A DNA stretch of 36,051 bases, taken from Enterobacter phage E-2. This document shows positions 18,704-25,116 of the stretch, piece after piece. Location of the stretch: sequence record KP791805.1, one strand, 5' to 3'. The position numbers and the translations under genes were made by a program. The notes below the pieces were generated by a model. The model ran no database searches and had not been told where the DNA came from. It saw nothing but the letters and a program-made list of their open reading frames with translations. The stretch's first letter is position 1. Every line of letters begins with the position of its first letter.

Positions 18704-18800
18704 TGTTAGTGGATATCATAAAGGGCACCTTGCGATACCCTTGAGTTATCCGCTATTCGTGCACTCAAGAGCTATTATCCAGATTGTTAAAGAACTTTAG
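18700..18800 (-). promoter_or_regulatory. R0.3-like RNase III site (the stem-loop that precedes gene 0.3 in T7), here directly upstream of gene 1
   Basis: The coding strand reads CTTTAACAATCTGGATAATAGCTCTTGAGTGCACGAATAGCGGATAACTCAAGGGTATCGCAAGGTGCCCTTTATGATATCCACTAAC. This is almost identical to the T7 R0.3 region as I recall it. Confidence 0.55.
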
Positions 18801-18951
18801 GCTACAGTTTCGTCGAGCCGAGGCTATTTCAGTGTTAGCCGTCACTTGCGTTATAAGTGCGACAAGCTCTTTATTATCGTGGTCGCTTGTGCTTTCGCCA
18901 TCTATCCACTATGTCGCGTTTTTACACCTACGACACTCGGTGTCTTTCATG

Positions 18952-18987
18952 TGGTACATCGTACCGTGCTTACTTCATGTTGTCAAC
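18952..18987 (-). promoter_or_regulatory. E. coli sigma70 early promoter A3
   Basis: On the coding strand: TTGACA, 17 bp (ACATGAAGTAAGCACGG), then TACGAT. Confidence 0.6.
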
Positions 18988-19061
18988 CATTTTGTTTCGC
19001 TTTATGTGCCGTGGTGCGCTTAAGTCACCTAGAAGACACCGAAGCGGTGGTTAACGTTATG

Positions 19062-19097
19062 TTGTGCATCTTACTGCGTTTACTTCATGTTGTCAAT
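19062..19097 (-). promoter_or_regulatory. E. coli sigma70 early promoter A2
   Basis: On the coding strand: TTGACA, 17 bp (ACATGAAGTAAACGCAG), then TAAGAT. Confidence 0.6.
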
Positions 19098-19189
19098 GCC
19101 TGTTTTTCGTATGACTTATCAGGCTGTCTACTTATCCGGTTGACTCCGGTATCTCAGGGAGTGGCTTTAAGGCCGTTGTCCCGTTGACG

Positions 19190-19226
19190 AGATGAATAAT
19201 AGCCTTAAGGGTTACTTAAAGTCAAC
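19190..19226 (-). promoter_or_regulatory. E. coli sigma70 early promoter A1
   Basis: On the coding strand: TTGACT, 17-18 bp, then (C)TATTAT. The flanking sequence GGATAAGTAGACAGCCTGATAAGTC is shared with T7 A1. Confidence 0.6.
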
Positions 19227-19278
19227 CATTAATTTAAATCTTTTATTAAATCCCTTATTCCCTCTTTAAGTATCCCTT

Positions 19279-19301
19279 ATTCCCTTTAGTGAGGGTGATT
19301 G
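19279..19301 (-). promoter_or_regulatory. T3-type phage promoter, phiOL position (replication/packaging-associated; variant downstream half)
   Basis: attccctttagtgagggtgattg. Confidence 0.65.
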
Positions 19302-19359
19302 AATTGACTACAGATAACTACAAGGCACCGCTACAGGTTAACAATGGGTCTTATCGGTC

Positions 19360-19860
19360 TGGTTGTCTTTAAGATAGCGGCACTCTTTAGGTGATGGCTT
19401 TAGGTGATGGCTTTAGGTCTGGTCTTTAGGGTTTACTTTATGAGGCTAACAGATAGGGACACATAGAGATGTACTATCGAACTGGTACACTAGGACACTC
19501 TTTAAGTCTCCAATAGTCACCCATCACTTTAGGTATTGACTTTAGGCAACACTTTAGGCTATCCTATAGGCCACTTGAGGAAATACCCAAGGTTAACCGA
19601 AGGTTAAACCAGAGGGGTAGGGCTGGCTTTAGGTGGCTTTAGGAGGGCTATGGGGGGTACTTTGGGTTCTTGAACTGTGAGATACCCATTCAGATTTTTG
19701 TGGTAAATTCTTAAAGGGTCTCTTTAGGCAACCACTTTAGGTAGGGCCACACCATAGGTGAGACCATAGGCGCATCCCGAAGGGATAGCTAGGAGACACT
19801 TAAAGACCCTGTAAGACCATTACGAACTACAGGGCATCTTTAGGTATAACCTTTAGGGTT
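19360..19860. repeat. Array of at least 14 dispersed CCTAAAG / CCTTAAAG heptamers (ctttagg / ctttaag on the + strand), including four 12-bp tandem units (ctttaggtgatgg x2, then ctttaggtctgg, tctttagggttt). This is the concatemer-junction/packaging region.
   Basis: ctttagg occurs at about 19387, 19399, 19411, 19423, 19527, 19540, 19552, 19636, 19645, 19719, 19731, 19836 and 19848. This is the same heptamer that decorates both genome ends of T7. Confidence 0.7.
19452..19682 (-). repeat. Predicted direct terminal repeat (a single collapsed copy in this circular assembly). The genome left end is predicted at 19682 (5'-TCTCACAGTTCAAGAACC...).
   Basis: The coding strand from 19682 reads TCTCACAGTTCAAGAACCCAAAGTACCCCCCATAGCCC..., which parallels the T7 left end TCTCACAGTGTACGGACCTAAAGTTCCCCCATAGGGGG. 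The span to ...TCTATGTGTCCCT (19455) is 228 bp, versus about 231 bp for the T3 terminal repeat. Boundaries are by analogy only. Confidence 0.45.
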
Positions 19861-19939
19861 GACTCTACAGGGATGAGTTGGTGTAGTGAAACTATACCTA
19901 CGAATCCCTCAGAGCCGCTTGTCGGTCATCAACAATAAT

Positions 19940-20089
19940 TTAATCCCCACAAGAGAGTATAGAGCAAAAGGCCACTTCCAGTTGACCGAGGTGGTCAGTA
20001 AGACCTGCGTACCCAAGGGTAGCAGTAAGTACCAGAAGAAATCGCCAAGTGACTCTATGACGCAGCAGGGCAATCAGCAAGTGTAACAT
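19940..20089 (-). CDS. gp19.5: gp19.5 (49 aa)
   Basis: ATG 20087-20089 is preceded by GAAAGGAGGTGG. MLHLLIALLRHRVTWRFLLVLTATLGYAGLTDHLGQLEVAFCSILSCGD versus T7 gp19.5 MFRLLLNLLRHRVTYRFLVVLCAALGYASLTGDL... Confidence 0.85.
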   Translation of the reverse strand: MLHLLIALLRHRVTWRFLLVLTATLGYAGLTDHLGQLEVAFCSILSCGD

Positions 20090-20230
20090 TGAGCCACCTC
20101 CTTTCAGTTGCTCTAAGGTAGGTGATTATACAATGATAATTATCACCAATCACAGAGGTAGACTTAAAGTGCATAAAGGGTCATTGCATAACCTGAATGA
20201 CTAACCTATATAGTAGCTTTAAGTCCCCTC

Positions 20231-20253
20231 TCTCCCTTTAGTGAGGGTTAATT
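20231..20253 (-). promoter_or_regulatory. T3-type phage promoter, phiOR position (consensus)
   Basis: tctccctttagtgagggttaatt lies between gene 19 and gene 19.5. Confidence 0.8.
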
Positions 20254-20333
20254 CAAACTCATTGATTCTTAAGGAATTTCTTAAAGTGACCATCCGTGGT
20301 CTAATTGAATCCTTATGCGCTCAACATGCATAA

Positions 20334-22097
20334 CTACCAGTCAATGAACCTGTTGCTATTCACATCGTCATCCTCCCAATAGAGTTCCATACCGTCAACC
20401 ATAGAGGTAACTACATGACCAGCCGAATGGATTGGGTGCTCCATGTGTTCCTCTAAGAACGCCTCAAGCACCTCAGCCTCCACCTTCACGGCGTCCAGTT
20501 CCATCGTAGAGCGTAAAAACTCCACACCCAATGCTAACGCATCAAGTCGGTCGTCATGTGCCACAGCGCCCTTCTCACGGGCCATGCGGGTCAACTGGTA
20601 GAACAGTGAATAGCGAACATCATGCTTGCCATCAGCGTCACGGGCAGTCTGGTAGTCCTCACGAATCACCTCGTCACGAATCACAAGGCGGTGCGTAGAG
20701 AGTACAGGCTCCAGCGTATCACAAATGCGTAGTTCCTTCATACCGCGAGCACGAATCTCTTCAAGTTGCGCTGCATGGTGTTTCAGGAGCACAGGGCTGA
20801 ATACCTTACCAAACATACCATCCCCGAAGTTACTCTCGAAGACCACTGTCTGAACCTTCCACTGCTTCGCTTTCTTAGCGAGGGACTCAAGGGTCTTATC
20901 GGAATAACCATCGCGGAACCCGCCAGCTTCCATCAGATAGATGTAGCCATTCAGGGTGAACAACACTGCATAACCTGTCTCATCCTTACCGCGACCACTT
21001 GGGTCAATCACGAGGATGCGTTGTTGGTACTGTCCAGTGTTCTGGCTGCACGAATGATAGCTATGAATATCATCACCCTTAAGGCCCACGTTAGGAAGCT
21101 CTTCATTGCGATTCTGACGGTTCGGAAGCCACTGGTAATGCATTGGGGCTTTCTCGAAGTCCAGACCGCACACGATAGCGTCACGGAGGCGTAAGGGGTA
21201 CTTCTCGGCATCACTCAGGTTCGGGTTGAGCATGAACTGCAAAGTGAAGCCAGCCTTACCGTATTCCAACTCACGCTCACGCAGGTCTTCCATATCGAAG
21301 CGAACGGGGTCAGTCGGTTGACCTTGGAGCATCTCGAACCCATCGTTGAACTCTTCGCGGAGCATCGGGGCCAGACGGTCGCCATAGTACAAGTCTTCCT
21401 CACGGCTACGCGGATAGAGCGCAGGCCAGATGATTGTGGTGTACCCACGGTTATCTTCGAGTTCCTTGTACAAGGTCATTTCGGTTTGAGGCGTACCAAG
21501 GTAGATAACGCGAGAAGTCGGCAGCGGTTTCAGAAGCGCAGCAAATTCCTGCACCAGAGTCCACAGCTTCTCACGGGCACCTTGAGTTGCGGAGTTAGAC
21601 GGAATCTCAACGTCATCCGCTATGATGATATCAGCACGGCTACCAGTCAACTGACCAGTGATACCCACCGACTTCACAGACGGAGAGTGGTCAGGCTTGG
21701 CAGGGCCAACATCGAAACTAATCACAGAGTCACGCTGACCGGGGCGAGGCTTTAGCTCAGCCAAGAATGGTAGCAGGTCAATGATGTTCTTGATGAAGAT
21801 GGAGTTAGCGTCCGCACGTTCTTTGGATGCAGAGACAATCAGTATCTTCAACTGAGGGTCACGCCATAACGTCCACACAACGAACGCACAGGTGATGAAG
21901 GACTTACCGATACCACGGAAAGCCTGTAGGATAAACTTCTTGTTGTCTCCGTTAGCTAGACACCGGGCCATATCAATCTGACACTTAGTCGGTGGCGGGA
22001 GAGCCAAAGCCTTCCACAATACGAACAGGAAGGCCACGAAGTCACCCTTAAGTTGCGCGATGATTAGCGCATTACGGTTTGCTTGGGTGTCGCTCAT
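20334..22097 (-). CDS. gp19: Terminase large subunit (DNA maturase B) gp19
   Basis: 587 aa, collinear with T7 gp19 (586 aa). ATPase Walker A and a nuclease C-terminal domain are present. Confidence 0.97.
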   Translation of the reverse strand: MSDTQANRNALIIAQLKGDFVAFLFVLWKALALPPPTKCQIDMARCLANGDNKKFILQAFRGIGKSFITCAFVVWTLWRDPQLKILIVSASKERADANSIFIKNIIDLLPFLAELKPRPGQRDSVISFDVGPAKPDHSPSVKSVGITGQLTGSRADIIIADDVEIPSNSATQGAREKLWTLVQEFAALLKPLPTSRVIYLGTPQTEMTLYKELEDNRGYTTIIWPALYPRSREEDLYYGDRLAPMLREEFNDGFEMLQGQPTDPVRFDMEDLRERELEYGKAGFTLQFMLNPNLSDAEKYPLRLRDAIVCGLDFEKAPMHYQWLPNRQNRNEELPNVGLKGDDIHSYHSCSQNTGQYQQRILVIDPSGRGKDETGYAVLFTLNGYIYLMEAGGFRDGYSDKTLESLAKKAKQWKVQTVVFESNFGDGMFGKVFSPVLLKHHAAQLEEIRARGMKELRICDTLEPVLSTHRLVIRDEVIREDYQTARDADGKHDVRYSLFYQLTRMAREKGAVAHDDRLDALALGVEFLRSTMELDAVKVEAEVLEAFLEEHMEHPIHSAGHVVTSMVDGMELYWEDDDVNSNRFIDW

Positions 22098-22524
22098 TCT
22101 GCATCTCCTTAATAGTACGCTGGAGCGCCCTTACGTGAGCATCAGCAGCTTGGGTTATTCCGATAATACGCTTAGCATCTGACTCGTGTAGTTCGGCTCG
22201 ACCATTAAACTCGCATCTACCGTTATCTTCTGGTAGTCCTGTAAGGGTTTTGATGCGGACTGACAGCCGCTTATTATTACTACGCAGGTCATTAAGCATC
22301 CTATCAGTGCTGCCTTCAATGGCTGCAATCTCTTCTTGGTACTCACGGGATACCCGACTGACCTCTGCCTGAGTTGCTGCGGTTGCTTTTGTTTTCGCAA
22401 TGTATTCATTTTGGATTACCTCCTTCCAGTTTGCTCTCTCATGGGTTGACCCTAAGTGCCAGCCACCCATAAAGAGTGTCCCGGCGAGTACCCAAGGGAG
22501 TGCGCTGCGTAAAAGTTTTAGCAT
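22072..22524 (-). CDS. gp18.5: i-spanin (Rz-like) gp18.5
   Basis: [26 protein letters not shown]... versus T7 gp18.5 MLEFLRKLIPWVLAGMLFGLGWHLGS.... N-terminal TM segment present. Start taken at ATG 22522-22524; the track starts at an upstream TTG. Confidence 0.85.
   Translation of the reverse strand: MLKLLRSALPWVLAGTLFMGGWHLGSTHERANWKEVIQNEYIAKTKATAATQAEVSRVSREYQEEIAAIEGSTDRMLNDLRSNNKRLSVRIKTLTGLPEDNGRCEFNGRAELHESDAKRIIGITQAADAHVRALQRTIKEMQNERHPSKP
22155..22409 (-). CDS. gp18.7: o-spanin (Rz1-like lipoprotein) gp18.7, fully embedded in the +1 frame of gp18.5
   Basis: 84 aa with lipobox ...VIISGCQS.... It ends ...[18 protein letters not shown] versus T7 gp18.7 ...SSLMVEPNLTTEMLNVFSQ. Confidence 0.85.
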   Translation of the reverse strand: MNTLRKQKQPQQLRQRSVGYPVSTKKRLQPLKAALIGCLMTCVVIISGCQSASKPLQDYQKITVDASLMVEPNYTSQMLSVLSE

Positions 22525-22544
22525 AACACCTCCCATCAATTTTC

Positions 22545-22613
22545 AGATTTCACGTAGATGCACCAAATAACATCCATAAAGGCTCTCCGAGTGGAGAACC
22601 TTGAGTATGTCAC
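22545..22613 (-). promoter_or_regulatory. R18.5-like RNase III site (conserved bipartite element)
   Basis: catccataaaggctctcc ... ccttgagtatgtcac. Confidence 0.45.
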
Positions 22614-22880
22614 TTACTGTAGCGTGATAGTTTCATCGTCAGTCAGACCATTAGGGCCGACCACTTTGTTGTAGTCTTCCAGACCAGCCGCGAGACCTCC
22701 AAGGATATTCTCGTCCGGTGTCAGCTTACTGATTTGGAACTTATGGCGGTCTAACAGTTTGCCGATTGCGTTGTAAAGCTGCGGCGTTCGGCGTTCCTCG
22801 CTCTGGAGGTCAGCAAGCATACGCTGTGCCATCTCAGTGTCTAGCATCTCCAGCAGCTTGATTAAAGTCTTGTCGCTCAT
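22614..22880 (-). CDS. gp18: Terminase small subunit (DNA maturase A) gp18
   Basis: 88 aa. MSDKTLIKLLEMLDTEMAQRMLADLQ... matches T7 gp18. Confidence 0.9.
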   Translation of the reverse strand: MSDKTLIKLLEMLDTEMAQRMLADLQSEERRTPQLYNAIGKLLDRHKFQISKLTPDENILGGLAAGLEDYNKVVGPNGLTDDETITLQ

Positions 22881-22883
22881 AGG

Positions 22884-23087
22884 TTACTCCTTATTTGCAC
22901 GTTTCCAGTCAATCATCTTATCGACTACCTTGGCACCAATCTGAACCACTGTGTAGGCGATAGCTGCAACGTAGAACCATTCGTTTAACGATAGTCCCCA
23001 AAAGAGTCGGGCCGCCCCATCAGCGACCCCTGTGCCAACAATAGGCGCAGCCTTAACGACCTCATTGTTGAAGTCGAAGGATAACAT
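22884..23087 (-). CDS. gp17.5: Class II holin gp17.5
   Basis: 67 aa, the same length as T7 gp17.5, with a single TM segment and MLSFDFNNEVVKAAPIVGTG.... Confidence 0.9.
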   Translation of the reverse strand: MLSFDFNNEVVKAAPIVGTGVADGAARLFWGLSLNEWFYVAAIAYTVVQIGAKVVDKMIDWKRANKE

Positions 23088-23098
23088 TTAACACCTCC

Positions 23099-25042
23099 TT
23101 AGTCTGTCATAAGTTTAGATTCAAGCTCCTGAACGCGAGCGTCTAGGTTCTTAACAAGTAACATCAGTCCACCAATAATCTGGTTCGGGTCAGGGGACTG
23201 AATTCCATCTGACATTACGTCCACAGCCTCTGGCCACAAGCGTATTAAATCCTGTGTAATGAAGCCAGCCCGTGAACGCTTACCTTCAATGGTGTTTGTC
23301 CTACCCCTGTTATCTGTATAGGATGCGTCCTTATATTTGTAGGACACAGGGATGTACGACCGAATGATGTTCAACATGTCGTCAGCAGAGCGAACAACCT
23401 TAATGTCTTCTTTCAGCCTTCTGTCCGACTTGAACCAGCGGAACCCAACGGCTGTACCATCAACCCTACCTTCAAGATAATCCCCGCCCCTTGCGGTGAA
23501 TAACTGAACACCTCCGGGTGGCTTGGCGAACAATGAGTTGTTATTTAGTCCGCTCCATAAGTTACCCCACTGCGCCCAGATGCCACCAGTTAGATTACCG
23601 TTACCTTCAAACATCGTACTTCCCATTCCTGCGTAGAGGTTCTGACCAACGATATTGTTGTTCTCCTCAATTCGGGCACCTGAACGAACCTGTAGGTGGC
23701 TTGCGTAGATAACACCGCCTCCGGTAATATCAACTCTACCAGTCTCTACTGAGTTCTCAGCATTGACTGTGCGGAACACGAATCCGCCCGAACCAGCACC
23801 ACGGTTGGTGATAAAGTTTGACTCACCGCTACCACCCTCGTTCCATCCAATATGTAGACCCTGCCGTTGTCCCACATGTTGTGGATTGGTGTCAATGTGG
23901 AGTCGGGACAGCTTATTATAAACGTTGGGTGATAGTGTTTGATTAATGCCTCCATGAGCATATGTGACGCCAGCTACGGCGATGTTTCGCTGAGAGTACA
24001 TATCCCGCTTTGCGGTAATATCCCTTTCAACAATCAAGTCCTCTCCAACAAGCGCACCTTTCTGGATACTCGCCGCACCTGTGGAGACTAAACCACCGCC
24101 TGTGATATTGCCGGGACTATTAATGTTTCCATTCATGGTTACATGGATGCCATCAACACTATCAATCGCAGCCGCGAAGTCGTTCATATTGCCCAACTTA
24201 CTTGCTTCCTCAATGGCTCGTTCCTCAGAAGCCTTGGCTTTGGCCTCAGAGGACTTAGCGTTGGCCTCAGAGTTCTTCGCGTTACTTTCGGAATCCTTCG
24301 CATTGGCCTCAGAAGTTTTTGCCCTGTCGGCCGCATCTTTAGCCTCATTCCGGTATGACATGGAGTGAAGCGCGTAGGTTCGTGATGATTCTAGATTTGG
24401 CTCCACAGCGGTTTCCTTAACGGCCCACTGTTTTGATAATTCGGCGGAGCCAGCAGAAGAGCTTGCAGAGCTTGCAGATGCGTTCGCAGAGTTGTTCGCA
24501 TCGTTTGCACGAGCGGTCGCACGGTCAGCTTCCTGTTTCGCTCGATTCGCAGAGTTCAACGCAGAGTCGTTCCACCGTTGGATTTGACCTAGATTGATTG
24601 CGTCACCTACATCTTGTGCATCCGCAACGTTCACAATACGACGACCACGAGCATCCAAGTTCCCATCATTGTTAACGCCAATTGTATCAGCGGTAAGGTC
24701 ACGGGCTTCCTCAGCAACGTGAAGTGTCTGAACCTGAGATATGTTCAAATCATATGCCCGCAGGATTGAGCCGTCGGTAAAGTCAACCAGACGATCTGTA
24801 GCGGAGGTGAATCGACGGATTTCAATCAAAGTATAACCGTCCGCTGGCCCCAATGCTCTCGTTGTGGAGATTGTGGTCTTAGTCGCAAAACGATAGTCTT
24901 GATTCAAGATGAGTTCCTTTCGGTCAACACCGATAAGGGTCACTCTGACGAACTTACGCGCCAGATACTCGAACGGAATATTAAAGTCCGTAGTGGAGCC
25001 ATCCAGCGGGTAAGTCATCACGGTCTTAATATTTGTAGCCAT
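23099..25042 (-). CDS. gp17: Tail fiber gp17 (647 aa). It has a T7-like N-terminal tail-attachment domain, a heptad-repeat stalk, a divergent distal region, and a C-terminal S74-type intramolecular chaperone (auto-cleaving) domain.
   Basis: Start is ATG 25040-25042 with AAGGAGGT 7 nt upstream (MATNIKTVMTYPLDGSTTDFNIPFEYLARKF..., like T7 MANVIKTV...). The track ORF starts 8 codons upstream without an SD. The C-terminal ...FRWFKS|DRRLKEDIKVV...QIIGGLMLLVKNLDARVQELESKLMTD carries the S-D-x-R-L-K-x-x-I signature. Confidence 0.9.
   Translation of the reverse strand: MATNIKTVMTYPLDGSTTDFNIPFEYLARKFVRVTLIGVDRKELILNQDYRFATKTTISTTRALGPADGYTLIEIRRFTSATDRLVDFTDGSILRAYDLNISQVQTLHVAEEARDLTADTIGVNNDGNLDARGRRIVNVADAQDVGDAINLGQIQRWNDSALNSANRAKQEADRATARANDANNSANASASSASSSAGSAELSKQWAVKETAVEPNLESSRTYALHSMSYRNEAKDAADRAKTSEANAKDSESNAKNSEANAKSSEAKAKASEERAIEEASKLGNMNDFAAAIDSVDGIHVTMNGNINSPGNITGGGLVSTGAASIQKGALVGEDLIVERDITAKRDMYSQRNIAVAGVTYAHGGINQTLSPNVYNKLSRLHIDTNPQHVGQRQGLHIGWNEGGSGESNFITNRGAGSGGFVFRTVNAENSVETGRVDITGGGVIYASHLQVRSGARIEENNNIVGQNLYAGMGSTMFEGNGNLTGGIWAQWGNLWSGLNNNSLFAKPPGGVQLFTARGGDYLEGRVDGTAVGFRWFKSDRRLKEDIKVVRSADDMLNIIRSYIPVSYKYKDASYTDNRGRTNTIEGKRSRAGFITQDLIRLWPEAVDVMSDGIQSPDPNQIIGGLMLLVKNLDARVQELESKLMTD
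24222..24326. repeat. About five tandem 21-bp repeats inside gene 17, encoding the heptad repeats SEANAKD/SESNAKN/SEANAKS/SEAKAKA
   Basis: gcctcagaagccttggctttg / gcctcagaggacttagcgttg / gcctcagagttcttcgcgtta / ctttcggaatccttcgcattg / gcctcagaagtttttgccctg. Confidence 0.75.
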
Positions 25043-25093
25043 GTGACCTCCTTTGTAAATTAGCATTAAGAGAAGAGGCCAGAATGTGACCTC

Positions 25094-25116
25094 TCTCCCT
25101 TTAGTGAGGGTTTATT
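25094..25116 (-). promoter_or_regulatory. T3-type phage promoter, phi17 position
   Basis: tctccctttagtgagggtttatt overlaps the gene 16 stop. Confidence 0.8.

Noticed and set aside
18800-18950. 16-codon ORF (MAKAQATTIIKSLSHL) between A3 and R0.3 as a remnant of gene 0.3.
   Set aside because: No similarity to Ocr or SAMase N-termini and no convincing SD. It is more likely non-coding leader.
19360-19860. Could the regularly recurring ctttagg array be a CRISPR array or a tRNA cluster?
   Set aside because: Units are 7 bp with irregular spacers and no 25-40-bp direct repeats. The sequence is recognisably the T7-group terminal region. No cloverleaf-capable segments were noticed anywhere in the window.
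20255-20333. 16-codon ORF (MHVERIRIQLDHGWSL) just downstream of gene 19.
   Set aside because: No RBS. It lies between the gene 19 stop and phiOR and is probably non-coding spacer. The real gp19.5 lies beyond the promoter.
23099-25066. Track start for gene 17 (655 aa, MLIYKGGH-MATNIK...).
   Set aside because: The upstream ATG overlaps the AAGGAGGT that serves as the SD for the T7-like MATNIKTV start. There is no RBS for the upstream ATG.
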